DNA of 64,000 bases from Octopus bimaculoides (taxonomy: Eukaryota). Location of the stretch: the NCBI RefSeq assembly GCF_001194135.2, contig NC_068988.1, forward strand, positions 17,097,975 through 17,161,974, in the 5' to 3' direction. The notes below the pieces were generated by a model. It had not been told where the DNA came from and made no database searches. It was given only the letters and a program-made list of their open reading frames with translations. The translations under genes and the position numbers were made by a program. Numbering within the stretch: the first letter of the stretch is position 1; the number at the start of each line of letters is the position of its first letter. Positions 1 through 13,090 of the stretch are shown here, piece after piece.

Positions 1-3000
1 TACATCTTATGACTTTTAATTATGCATGCTAAGCAATAGTAATAAATTATTTTAATTTATTATCCTCATATTTACGATATATATATAATCATGAAATATG
101 GAGGTGAGGCTTTAGACATGCATAATTACAATATTGCTTACTATGTAAAAATTATCCAGTTAGACTGCAAGATGTACACCTACACAAAAACAGGAACAGA
201 CATACATACATAAAACTAGCAGGCGAAAGTGGGGAAAAGATAAATAGAAACACGGGTGTATGCCTGTTGATTTCTACATATATATGGAACACATACTCAC
301 ACACATTCACACATATACATATATGTACCTATGTATAAATACATATACGTGTGTGTGTGTGTGTGTGTGTGTGTGTCTGTGTATGTGTGCCTGTGTTTGT
401 GTGTGTATGCACAATGTTTATGTTCGGCAGTTTTATGGAGTTCTTTTGAAATGTTCCTTTTTACTCAACTCCATGTATACTTCACACACATACACGCACG
501 CACGCACACGTACACAGACACACACAAACATATATATGTATGTATGTATGTATGTATTATTTAAAAGACATNNNNNNNNNNNNNNNNNNNNNNNNNNNNN
601 NNNNNNNNNNNNNNNNNNNNNNNNNNNNNNNNNNNNNNNNNNNNNNNNNNNNNNNNNNNNNNNNNNNNNNNNNNNNNNNNNNATATATATATATATATAA
701 TTCTCCTTTCACTTATTTTATGCAGATTCATTCATTTAAAACTCCACAATATATTGATTCCATGATCGATAACATGGCATATAGCCAAATAAAAATTTTA
801 CTTGAAAAGCCTGATCCTTTCCCTGTGACATAAAAGTGGTTACAACTGTTCCATATTATTACCCACATATTCAGCATTATAGTCTTACTTATCACGAAAA
901 CCAGCGTCGTCGTAATCATCTCCTTCGCATTCACCACTATTTCTGTATGTGATGAAGTAAAATCGAACAAAAAGGAAATGGATAAATAAATTTAGAAAAT
1001 AAACAATAGTAAAGACGAGTTAATCAAAGTGAAATACCACTAAAACCATTGATATATACTCTATTATTCCACTATCCCATTGTTCGTTTTAACCCATCTG
1101 AACTGAAGAAAAATATATCCGAATACGCCACAATGAAATCTGTGGTGAAATAGTATCTATAATTCTATACAATATTACATATACATATATTTTTGTCTGT
1201 GTATATTTGTGTATGTGTGTGTATTTGTACGTATATCTTTATGTGCGTGTGTATGTATGTGCGTGAATGTATGAGTGTAAATATATATGGATAAATATAT
1301 TATCATATATTTGTGTGTGTATGTGTATGTTTGCGCGTGTGTGTATGTCTGTTAAAATGCTAGACAAAAAGCGTGCTACATTGTTGAACAGAAATATCAC
1401 AAGCATTTTGTTTTCTAGTAGTATGAATGCTGTTGAAAACTGCTACCAGGAAACTAAATTTTCGACAGCAGTTGATGTCTTTATGATCACTGGTTGATTT
1501 TTCACCGAAGGGAATTCCGAGTGTTTATGTCTGTTTATCTGACTCTAACTTGAATGTAATCTGCTTTAATTAAGAAATTTCTTCCCTATTTTTAACCATG
1601 ATTCTAAATCTTTCTCTGTCACTCCTTCATTTGTCTCCTTCTCCTCGCCCAGACATGCACGCATATGTATTAAAGTCTGGAGTCCAGAATGGCCAATCCA
1701 CGGATTTTTAGCAATGGATATTGTAAAGATAAATATAGCAGTATATAGACATTTAGAATTTTGTGTTCAATATATGGGCAAAGAAAATAATTGTGAACCA
1801 TAACTGAGAAAGAGACGGGCACCATCAAATTACTTGCCTATGGCAATATGGCATAACTTACTGAACGGAGCGCGGCGCGTGTTATCTTTGACTCTCCTAT
1901 TATCTCTTTCTCTGGCTATTTTGATAAATGTGATAAAGACCCCAAACGAAAATGAAAACTATGTACTAGTTGCTATGTACTTTGAAGACGGTATCCCGAA
2001 ACAGTTTTATCACTCTGGGAAGTACAACTAAGTTACAACAAGGTGATTTATTTTCGGAACTATATAAGTATTTTTCAAAGAAAGTGGACGCAATACTAAA
2101 ATTAACAACTGCCTACATTTTTCCCTACTCACATGAAATTAACAAGTGAACCGTCAATGTGAAAAACCGCATTGCAGTTAGCTGATGATGTAAAATCGTG
2201 AGGTGCAACGAACCTATAAACCAACTGCTGTGAATTGCTTAAAAGGGACTACAATAGCAATAAATTTACCAGCGGTTATTCCTTGAATTAATAGCTCAAG
2301 GAGCGGGAACAGTAAACAGAAAACATGTTAACACCAAATGGGATGACAACACTGAATAAGTAGAGAGAAATTCTTCAGCTTCTAGAAACAAAGAACTGAC
2401 TGACTCAGATTTTTCTGAGAGTGTTATATGCTAGTTGTGTGTATGTTTGTAAGCCATATTTGTCTTTTGATATTTAATCGTCAAATTAATGAAAAACGAA
2501 ATGCTGTTAATGAGAAAGGAAATGTTTCTGTTTACCTCGCCATCATTCCGGTTATCTTCGTTTTCAGACCCTTATATTTAAGTGTTTGTTTATTTGTAGG
2601 ATAACTTATCTCTTTGGATAACTCCGAGGAACATTGACACCTGAGGTGTCCCTGAAAATATAAATAATTATTTAAGAAATAAATTCAAGATCTTAGCTGG
2701 GATATTATTATTTTACAGAGTGAGGATTCCTTCTAAAAAATGTCCAGCTTTGCGCACTCCGTGTTTTCAGTACTCCAGTGTGTTTCATTTCGAATTGTTC
2801 CGAGACACATACTTGTGTACCCTCTTTTTAGTGGTGTCTTCAAATTATTATAGTTTTTCCGATATAATACTTAAGGGGGAAATGTTATATTATTGAGTAT
2901 AAATCAAACCAACCGTATTGTTCATCTTCACAAATTGCCTAACATGATTTCAAACGGCTCTAATTTCAGAGTGAAATAAATATGAACGGATATTCTTTTG

Positions 3001-3084
3001 TATATAGCTAAGAATTCATAACTAACACTATAATGTGACGAAGTGGTATATTATTTTTTGTTTCTGATGAAATGTCATGAAGTA

Positions 3085-3200
3085 TTGGTCACAGCTCTCT
3101 GCACCCGTAGTTCAAATCCCAACGAGGTCAACTTTGCTTTGCAGCCTTTCACGATCGATATATGTAATGCAGTGAAGTAGTCAGATCAAATACTTTTTCC
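3085..3200 (+). mobile_element. Partial tRNA-derived SINE (family A)
   Basis: GTAGTTCAAATCCCAACGAGGTCAACTTTGCTTT matches the B-box/body of the copies at 8445 and 6123. Confidence 0.55.
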
Positions 3201-4148
3201 TATCGCTCACTTCTCTCTATCTCTCTTTATCTCCCCCCGCGCTCTCTCTTTCTCCTTCAGTCATCTATGTTATGCTTTAGCAAGGTTATTCACAGAATGA
3301 TACTTAAATCAAGAATGGAGAAAAGTTGACCGAAATGTTATCAATATCTTCCAATAGAAAAAAAAAATGTTATGCCACTGTAAACTCACACGTCTGCACG
3401 ATACCGTTCGATAGCACAAAGGAAATAATAAAAAAAAAACATATACACTATGTAGGTTGGCGATTAGTTTATTAAATATTCAAAATGTTGATAAGAAATA
3501 AAAAGAAAAAGTTGTTGAATAGTTTTCACGGAGAAATGAAACCTAGTGATGTAAATATTATTTAATTTTAGATAAAACATCATACTTTGCCGATGCCATG
3601 TTGATACGTCTTGAAATATATTTATTTATAATGTATGTGATAGACAATGTTACTGTTAAGCATGTGGAGATTGTTTTTACTTTATCCAGGAAAGTTCTTG
3701 TATTATGAATCTACAAAACTGTTCCGCACCTATAAAATACTCTGAAACTAACTCATGTGACTATTCTAAGAATGTTATTCTAAATTGTCAAAAGTGCTCT
3801 AGCAAATTGTAGCAATTATACGTTCAAAATATTGATAATGTTGGTACAATATATATAAATAATATATTGCAATGAAAAGATTTATTTGAATATCGTGTAA
3901 AATTGTTAAACGGCTTATATAAGGGAATATAACGTTCGATGTTTTCCTGTCAGAAATTACATATCTCTGCCCAGATTGGATTTCTTAACATACAGTATGC
4001 ATCACATACTACACAGATCATGCGCAAAAGCAGAAACATATATATGTACATACTGACACTCGGGTGTCAAAGAACATGTAACTATATATTACGGATATTT
4101 TATACATATCCATATCTACATACACATATTTATACATGAATAAGAACG

Positions 4149-4296
<148 letters not shown>

Positions 4297-4308
<12 letters not shown>

Positions 4309-4864
4309 AAATTAGTATGAACAGCAGTTTGCAATATTTCCCCAAATGGGAGAATTGCAAATGTCACTAAATGCGACTAGGCTGTTAAATAATGCCTACA
4401 TTACTAGAAACAAGAGCTAAAATGCTCTAATGCTGTAGCTAACACACTAGAGCATTTGTGTATTTTAGTCCTTATTTCTAGCAATGTAGGCATTGCTTAA
4501 TACCCTAGTAGCACTTAGTGACATTTTAATTTTTTCTTTTTGGTGAAATCTTGCAAAATGCTGTTCATATCGTTTTATATATACACATTAGCAAAAAGGA
4601 TCCAATTATTTGGATGACAAAAACATGAATATAGATGGCAGAGCGAGTCCAGAAAAAGCCGAGAGCGAGGCGGCTTAACTGACGAGGTGACCGAAATTGC
4701 CGAAATTGACGCCTCAGTATTAAGTATTTTCGATCGGGACTTTTGGATAATTATCGTCCTGTTAGTGTATGCTTTCATCTATGTGCGTTAACTACAGCAT
4801 TAAAGCGTTTTAGCTCTTATTTCTAGCAATATAGTTGTTTTCAAACACCCTAGTCGCATTTAGT
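4297..4864. repeat. Nested inverted-repeat element enclosing the hammerhead
   Basis: 4297-4587 is an imperfect palindrome. 4366-4443 is the reverse complement of 4787-4864 (about 65/78 matches by hand alignment). 4463-4520 and 4808-4864 are diverged direct repeats offset by 345 bp. Confidence 0.8.
4674..4724 (+). ncRNA. Type I hammerhead ribozyme, canonical core
   Basis: Stem I CTTAA (4674-78) / TTAAG (4720-24). Core CTGACGA (4679-85). Stem II GGTGA / TTGCC (4686-90 / 4697-4701, two G-U pairs) with loop CCGAAA. GAAA (4702-05). Stem III ATTGA / TCAGT (4705-09 / 4714-18) with loop CGCC. GUA cleavage triplet (4717-19). Confidence 0.85.
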
Positions 4865-5159
4865 ATATATATATATATATATATATATATATNNNNNNNN
4901 NNNNNNNNNNNNNNNNNNNNNNNNNNNNNNNNNNNNNNNNNNNNNNNNNNNNNNNNNNNNNNNNNNNNNNNNNNNNNNNNNNNNNNNNNNNNNNNNNNNN
5001 NNNNNNNNNNNNNNNNNNNNNNNNNNNNNNNNNNNNNNNNNNNNNNNNNNNNNNNNNNNNNNNNNNNNNNNNNNNNNNNNNNNNNNNNNNNNNNNNNNNN
5101 NNNNNNNNNNNNNNNNNNNNNNNNNNNNNNNNNNNNNNNNNNNNNNNNNNNNNNNNNNN

Positions 5160-5199
<40 letters not shown>

Positions 5200-6122
5200 C
5201 ATACAAACAAACATATCCTTGTAGGTGTATTAACATGTGTCTACGTATATATTTGCATGTATACACACACAGATTGATAAATAGAGAGAGAAAGAAGTAG
5301 ATAGATAGATAGATAATAGATAGATGGATATAGATACATACTTAGTTACACAATTGTTTGTCTTATCAATGTGTCAGCACGTGTCGCAAGTACGAGGAAT
5401 AGAATACAGGGGTGGCTAAAATGTTATCTAGACTAGATGAAAAAGGACAGAATACATCTAACATTAACTGCCCATTTTTTACTTGCTTCCAAATACATAT
5501 TGCCATTCTATGGTGTTGTTAGTTGCTATAGCTATTCATTGATAGGAACAGATTTATTGCCAACATCGATTTCGGAACTTCTATCTCTTGGGTGAAATAT
5601 TACCAAGTTTCACATAAAATATCACACCTGATCTGAAATAGCTCAAGAAATATACGTCATATCATCATAAAATGTATTTGTTGTTGTGCTTCATGATATA
5701 TTTCTTGATAATAGGATAAAATTAGCTGTTTTGTTTTCGTCTTTATTTATTCCACAAACGGTATGAAATCTATCAATCTTCGCTCTTGTTTCTATATTTC
5801 ATAAATTTTGCTTCGTGTGTAAAACCTTTGAATTATGACTCGTATATTGTTTATGTAACCACGTAACAGAAATTTGATTTATATTCAGAAGGGAAACTTC
5901 GATTGACTGGCACAAAGTGTATGACAGGTATTTAGCTATTGACTTTTAATTTGAAAGGAACATATTGATCTTACTTAATTCTACCTAAGTTTGATCACTA
6001 TATTTGGAAATATAGTCTTGTTAAATTTGTTGTGAAGAAATACAGCGTAAGTAACAAGGAGAAAGTGAGACATTCCTATATTTCTCATGAATATTCTTGA
6101 CTTAATATTACCATTGTATTAT

Positions 6123-6302
6123 AAGGTAGAGAGCTGGCGGAATAGTTGACACGCCGGGCCAAATGCGTAACGGCATTTCGTCGCTCTTGATGCTCTGAGT
6201 TCAAATCCCACCGGGGTTGACTTTGGCTTTCATCAATTCAGCGTCGTTAAATTAAGAAACAATTGCGCACTGGGGAAAATTAAGTAACAGTTGCGCACTG
6301 GC
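6123..6302 (+). mobile_element. tRNA-derived SINE (family A)
   Basis: GAGCTGGCGGAA A-box-like head and GAGTTCAAATCCC B-box. Aligns with 8445-8662. Short tandem duplication at the 3' end. Confidence 0.75.
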
Positions 6303-6437
6303 CATGTACCAAAATTTTAAACAAATATTACGAATGTACGAAACATATACCCTCACAGATTAATGCGCATTAAGAGTGTTATGTTCTGCTTTTCCTTGTA
6401 TTTAACAACAATAACGATCTTAACCGAAAACAAATTA

Positions 6438-6760
6438 CTGCGTGGCACCTTGGGCAAGTGTCTTCTACTATAGCTTCGGGCCGACCAAAGCCTTGTGAGT
6501 GGATTTGGTAGACGGAAACTGAAAGAAGCCTGTCGTATATATGTATATGTATATGCATGTGTGTTTGTGTCTGTGTTTGTCCCCCCACCATCGCTGGTGT
6601 GTTTACGTCCCCGCAGCTTAGCGGTTCGGCAAAAAGAGACCGATAGAATAAGTACTAGGCTCATAAGGAATAAGTCTTGGGGTCAATTTTCTCGACTAAA
6701 GGCGGTGCTCCAGCATGGCTTCAGTCAAATGACTGAAACAAGTAAAAGAGTAAAAGAGTA
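6438..6760 (+). mobile_element. 5'-truncated SINE with CORE-like segment (family B, octopus OR-like)
   Basis: CACCTTGGGCAAGTGTCTTCTACTATAGC resembles the MIR/CORE motif. The 3' half is shared with 15790-15990 and 21184-21311. Ends in a (GTAAAAGA)n tail. Confidence 0.7.
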
Positions 6761-7120
6761 TCTACAAGATGAACTTGAAAAAAAAAATGAGTTTTAGGTA
6801 GAAGTGAACGATATTGAAAAGGGCCATTGCTATCTTCGTTGCTACATATATAAGAAATATATCACGGTAGTTTCTGTTTACAGACATGAAATACGTCTTA
6901 ATATGAAGCGAACGGTGATTTATTTACTAATATATTTGCAGATTGCAATCCACATAAGAAATTTAGAGAAATTCCATCGTTTTAATCCTCATAGTATTTA
7001 TTGTCTTATATCTTATTTTTATGTGTTCTATTTGTAATACTAGCCTCACCTTTCTGTTACATCCTGCAATGTTGCTTAGTACTTTTTCTGACAATGTTTT
7101 ATTACCATATTCACACATAT

Positions 7121-7153
<33 letters not shown>

Positions 7154-7822
7154 NNNNNNNNNNNNNNNNNNNNNNNNNNNNNNNNNNNNNNNNNNNNNNN
7201 NNNNNNNNNNNNNNNNNNNNNNNNNNNNNNNNNNNNNNNNNNNNNNNNNNNNNNNNNNNNNNNNNNNNNNNNNNNNNNNNNNNNNNNNNNNNNNNNNNNN
7301 NNNNNNNNNNNNNNNNNNNNNNNNNNNNNNNNNNNNNNNNNNNNNNNNNNNNNNNNNNNNNNNNNNNNNNNNNNNNNNNNNNNNNNNNNNNNNNNNNNNN
7401 NNNNNNNNNNNNNNNNNNNNNNNNNNNNNNNNNNNNNNNNNNNNNNNNNNNNNNNNNNNNNNNNNNNNNNNNNNNNNNNNNNNNNNNNNNNNNNNNNNNN
7501 NNNNNNNNNNNNNNNNNNNNNNNNNNNNNNNNNNNNNNNNNNNNNNNNNNNNNNNNNNNNNNNNNNNNNNNNNNNNNNNNNNNNNNNNNNNNNNNNNNNN
7601 NNNNNNNNNNNNNNNNNNNNNNNNNNNNNNNNNNNNNNNNNNNNNNNNNNNNNNNNNNNNNNNNNNNNNNNNNNNNNNNNNNNNNNNNNNNNNNNNNNNN
7701 NNNNNNNNNNNNNNNNNNNNNNNNNNNNNNNNNNNNNNNNNNNNNNNNNNNNNNNNNNNNNNNNNNNNNNNNNNNNNNNNNNNNNNNNNNNNNNNNNNNN
7801 NNNNNNNNNNNNNNNNNNNNNN

Positions 7823-8135
7823 CCCAGACCGGGCGTTGTGAGTGTTTATTGAGCGAAAACACCTAAAGCTCCACGAGACTCCGGCAGGGGATAGTGGCGA
7901 ATCCTGCTGTACTCTTTCACCACAACTTTCTCTCACTCTTACTTCCTGTTTCTGTTGTGCCTGTAATTCAAAGGGTCAGCCTTGTCACACTGTCTCACGC
8001 TGAATATCCCCGAGAACTACGTTAAGGGTACACGTGTCTGTGGAGTGCTCAGCTACTTGCACGTTAATTTCACGAGCAGGCTGTTCCGTTGATCGGATCA
8101 ACTGGAACCCTCGACGTCGTAAGTGACGGAGTGCC
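7823..8135 (+). mobile_element. tRNA-derived SINE (family C), head lost in gap
   Basis: Colinear and highly similar to 45841-46156. Confidence 0.8.
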
Positions 8136-8444
8136 AACAACATATGTATATATGTTTCTGTATCTATATAATTGCTCATATGTGGCTGACTTTGCCCCTA
8201 TCAATTTCTCTAACTCTCTCTTTCTTCTAAATTTTCAAAGTAATTGTGAAGAAATGAAATATACCGTACTTCATCAACCAGTGCCTTCCCTTACGATGGA
8301 TGATTTTTCAGTGAAAATTCTGCATTGTTTTCTGTTAACTATCATTGGTACTACTAATGTCGAGACTATTGGAAACGCTTCTAATTTCAATAATTATGGC
8401 GAAAGAGGAAGAATGGTGTTGTTTAGAGAATATACGAGGAAGAA

Positions 8445-8662
8445 AGGCGGGGAGCTGGCAGAAACGTTAGCATGCCGGGTCAAATGTTTAGCGGTATTTC
8501 GTCTGTCTTTACTTTCTGAGTTCAAATTCCGCCGAGGTATTCTTTGCTTTTCATCCTTTCGGGGTTGATAAATTAAGTACCAGTTGCATACTGGAGTCGA
8601 TCTAATCGATGGGCCTCCTCCTCCAAAATTTCTGGTCTTGTGCCTATAGTGGAAAAAAGTAT
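8445..8662 (+). mobile_element. tRNA-derived SINE (family A), near full length
   Basis: AGGCGGGGAGCTGGCAGAAACGTTAG head and GAGTTCAAATTCC B-box. Reverse-complement copies at 10953 and 42384. Confidence 0.8.
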
Positions 8663-8872
8663 ACTGGAAAGTATTAGTAAAGGAAAAGACATACGAACGT
8701 GAACGAAGTGTAAGACTGTCTAACTACGTGGTCTTAGATGAATTCGAAATGTCTGCACTTACTGAATTTTCCAAGCAGTGGTTGAGTGTCTGTTTATAAA
8801 CATAAACTTACTCTCTATTAGTTTTCATTCTATGTAGTGCAGAGATCAAAGCTTTCGTATTTAAAGGTCTAC

Positions 8873-8916
<44 letters not shown>

Positions 8917-10453
8917 ATGTGTGAGTATGTGTATATCTCTGGTGGACTAACAAACACACACACATACACATACATATTCGTGTTTGAGTGTGATTTTGTA
9001 ATATCCGTGCAAACGAAGTAAACTGTTTCATATGTAAACTGAATGTTTTCAATGGAAGTTTAAATAAATAACATATTTCATCTAGTGTACAGCAAGTTTT
9101 ATTCCAGTAGATTTATTACTCAAGGAAGATTAACTTACGTTTCAGCAGGTATGTTTACAATATCGGAACATATTATGCTACCATCTTCAATTTATTTGCA
9201 CCCAACAATCGACAAACTTTCTTAAAAACAAAATAAAATGAAAAGCAACATCAATAGCAGTGATGCAAATAATAATAATATCATCAACAAAATAACATTG
9301 TTTAAAATATCTTTTTTTTTGTGTGTGTGTGTGTATTCGATCTTGTATATATTTATGCATTTATTGTATCTAACACAGTAAGTTAATGTTTGTTCTTGGG
9401 TGGATTCTTTCTTTTTTTTTTTGTCTTACAAATGATTTTCCTTCTCACGCATTTATCGGCCTTAAGCAAATGTTTATCATTGAGTATTGGCAATGATACA
9501 TAAGACGCTGGAATATGGTGCAATATTCTCCGTTTCTTCAGCAAATTTAGAATAGTAGATACAAGAAACGTAATAATGAAAAGACTACACGCACTTAAAG
9601 TAAACGAATAGCATCAGCATAATAAGGAATATTTGTATCAAAGATGACATCAAAGAATATCAAATAATATATCCTTTCTTCCATAAATACAGTATAGCAG
9701 TTTTTCTCTTTGTTGCTTCGTTGCCATACCAAGAGATTTTCGCTTTCGGCAGCGTTGTTTTCATCCCTGTTCCGTTCACATTTACCAAACTTCAAATATA
9801 GGAAGGAAAATATAAGAAAAGCAACAGCATTTATTCTTCAAACAAGTATAACTCATAATATTTCAACATTTATTCTAAAGTTGCGCCTGATAAATTCGTG
9901 CTATTATCATTTGGAGTAATTGCTAAATATCTGACTGTGAAATAATTCTGATAGTTTGCTCTGATATTCCTACATAGATCATGATTTTATGAAGCAATGT
10001 TTGCACTAAATTGATATTTTCGTGCATTTCTTTTACGGGGAGATATGTTTTGCCAAATGTAATAGTCCCAATGGGGGGAAAATGACAAGTGTTTCTCAGG
10101 TCTTACTGGCTGTGTTTAACTTTATTGTGACCTGGCACTATTGTAGCAGTAAGGTGATCAAAACAAATGTCCGTTGGCATTTTTCATAATGAAATCCTAC
10201 TTCCATACATGATGCTGTACTAGATATTTCATGCAAAGTCAGCTTATGATATTGCAGATAACAGATAGATTAAAACAAATTAAATTAATTCGAGGATTAG
10301 ATTACTATCCGTGAGGTGTGTTTCCATGAAATTGCTATCACAAATTTTAATTACTATCCCAAAGGTTAAATATATTTAGAGTACCACAGTTCATCTTTGA
10401 GATGTCCCGGACATGCTAGCAAGAACCCAAAACTCTGGTACTTTCTATCTCTC

Positions 10454-10486
<33 letters not shown>

Positions 10487-10487
10487 C

Positions 10488-10529
<42 letters not shown>

Positions 10530-10581
10530 TATATTTCTGTAGACAAACACATACGTATATATATATACATGTGTGTGTGAG

Positions 10582-10620
<39 letters not shown>

Positions 10621-10952
10621 GGAAAGATAAATGAACAATGATAAATAGATTGCATGCTTAGCTATAACATCTTATAAGTTTTTAAAAGTTTTTATCAACA
10701 GGTTAATGTATAAAATATAACACACACGTGAAATCATGCATACACACGCGTACACACATACATATATATATTGCCCAAACACACACACGCCAATATACAC
10801 ATACGCCCCCCCCCCCACACACACACGCCCACATATATATAAACATAAATCTTGTATAAACATATATTAAATTCTTTTAATCTATCCTCGTCATAAATAT
10901 ATGTAAACGTCGGGAGCACATGAAAGCATATCGAAGCTTCATAAACCTATAA

Positions 10953-11171
10953 ATAACGGTTTCAAATTTCGGTACAAGGCCAGCAATTTCGGGACAGGGG
11001 TTAAGTTGATTACATCGACCCCAGTGCTCAAATGTTACTTAATCTATAGACCCTGAAATGATGAACGGCAAAGTCGACCTCAGCGGAGTTTGACTTCAGA
11101 ACCTGAAGACAGACAAAATGCCCGTAACCATTTTGCCGGGCGTGCTAACGATTTTGCAGGCTCTCCGGCTT
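10953..11171 (-). mobile_element. tRNA-derived SINE (family A)
   Basis: Reverse complement aligns to 8445-8662 over ~200 bp. Confidence 0.8.
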
Positions 11172-11959
11172 ATAATGATATAAATGATAAGCTGTAAATA
11201 TCGGGTTAAAGGCCATTGAGAGCTGCTTATTAGATTGTTAGTAGGAGATTTGTGTTCGAGTCCCACGGACAGCCCTCGGATTTTCTACCCAAGGTTTTTT
11301 TTTTTACTCAATATTTACACGGTATCATTTATTTATAGCTTTACCATATATCGAGATTTACCATTCTGAAACTAATGATTTTAAAATTGAATTCAGATTG
11401 TTTGTATCGCAAAAGGCTTATAATAATCCGCAAGAAAAGAACCACAGAGTGCAACTCAACATAGAGAATAATGCAACAATGTTTTCGAAACAATTACATT
11501 GGGAATACATTTCTTATCGACAATTATGATCAATACCTTTGATCAATATTCCTTTTCAACACAATTTTGCGCAAAGAAATGACGTAAACACAGGCGCTTA
11601 ATTAGGAAATGGTTAGTATTTTATTATTTAATTGCTTATTTTCTAACAGAATCGTTAATTTCAATTGCGTATGTAATCGAATTCTAAAATTTTCAATAAA
11701 ATCGTACTAAAATGATCTATCCATCATGAGATATTACTCTGTTCATTAATAGCGATTTCTATTAAATATATCTTAGTTGTCGGTTTACCAATCCTATGAG
11801 TAACATTCCTGATGATAATGATGATGACGATGATGATGATATATCTTCATCATCATGATCAACATCATCATGATCATTATCAACATAATCATGTGTATAT
11901 CTGACTTCGTGTATTTGTACCCAAGTGGTACAGCCAAGCTTCATTTTGATGGCATGCAG

Positions 11960-12340
11960 ATTCAACAGCAGCAGCAATATGAATGCCCTCACGCAATACC
12001 TTGCACTGACTCACATGGCTTCTGATCTTAAATGGTTCAAAGTGTTAACATGTACATGTTTTGTCTAAGTCTAAAAGATGTGCTACAACAAATTTCTGCT
12101 CGATACTACAGATCTGCTTGTCAGTTGGGCATGTCGCTTAGTGGCTGACGATATGTGTGTCTCTGATCATGAGCAGAAGTAGTGAGGGAACATCATAGCT
12201 ATGTGTTGAGAGGAATTCTTTGGGATTTGAATAATTTCTATCTGAAAACATGGGTGTATCGTTCAATACCGTTGAACAACTATTATTGAGGAACCTTTTG
12301 AGAGGAATGGGCCACTCGACCAGGAGAAAATTCTAACTGT
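11960..12340 (-). repeat. Probable interspersed repeat (unclassified)
   Basis: GC-richer segment that resembles a repeat recalled from octopus DNA. Single copy in this window, so not verifiable here. Confidence 0.3.
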
Positions 12341-12570
12341 CGCTTGTTTGTAACTCGTGCTTCATTGAGTAGTATCTATAAACATATGTATTGCTTACGT
12401 GAATGTTCTTTCCTCTAGTATAGTGTATCTAAAACTATATTATCCAACGGAGACTAATTTCCCTACTGTGTCTAGGATGTCGAATGACGAATTAAAGAAT
12501 TCCGCGTCAGAAATTCTCATATTCAAAATTGCCAAAAAGTACTGAAATATTTTCTTAAAATGCCTTATGC

Positions 12571-12593
12571 ACACGCACACACACGCACACACG

Positions 12594-12624
<31 letters not shown>

Positions 12625-12646
12625 TTTCTCTCTCTATTTCTCTCTC

Positions 12647-12728
<82 letters not shown>
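12571..12728. repeat. Compound (CA)n(CT)n microsatellite
   Basis: Direct reading. Confidence 0.95.
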
Positions 12729-12738
<10 letters not shown>

Positions 12739-12764
12739 CTTATACATAGATACTTACATCCATG

Positions 12765-13090
12765 CATACATACAATATGGTGGTTGTCTACTCCTTATGC
12801 AGGGTCTAACCATCTCCTGTCCTTACATCTTAGATGTATCATGGCGTCTGATGTGGATTTTTAATCCAAACAATGTTTTGAAAAAATAGCCACATACATT
12901 GCATATCTGATTTGGACCATTATGAATAGCAGTTCATTTCTGATCTTTGTGGATCTTGAAATGTATTTTGAGGGGTCCGTTAGATTTGCAGACCTTATGA
13001 TATACACAGCATTGAAAGGTCTGCACAGATATATAGGCAGAGTAATTGGCGGAGGTTCGTTTTTCAGGAACTATTAGTTCTAGTTAGCAA
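12765..13090 (-). mobile_element. RTE-type LINE 3' end with two C2H2 zinc-finger motifs
   Basis: Minus strand reads VQTFQCCVYHKVCKSNGPLKIHFKIHKDQK*TAIHNGPNQICNVCGYFFKTLFGLKIHIRRHDTSKM*. A short 3' UTR and a TATG-type tail follow. Confidence 0.6.

Noticed and set aside
2718-2895. Open frame after an acceptor-like TTTTACAG
   Set aside because: No matching donor, no recognisable protein, and it ends in a stop.
4575-4778. 67-aa minus-strand ORF over the hammerhead
   Set aside because: No recognisable domain; the sequence is explained by plus-strand RNA structure.
5406-5425. TACAGGGGTGGCTAAA, Tc1-like terminal sequence
   Set aside because: No matching inverted end or transposase found nearby.
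9139-9221. Minus-strand exon-like segment with good splice signals
   Set aside because: Stops in all three frames and an AAG acceptor; could be non-coding, but unsupported.
11200-11290. B-box-like GTGTTCGAGTCCC
   Set aside because: No cloverleaf and no second copy; not a tRNA gene, at most a decayed SINE head.
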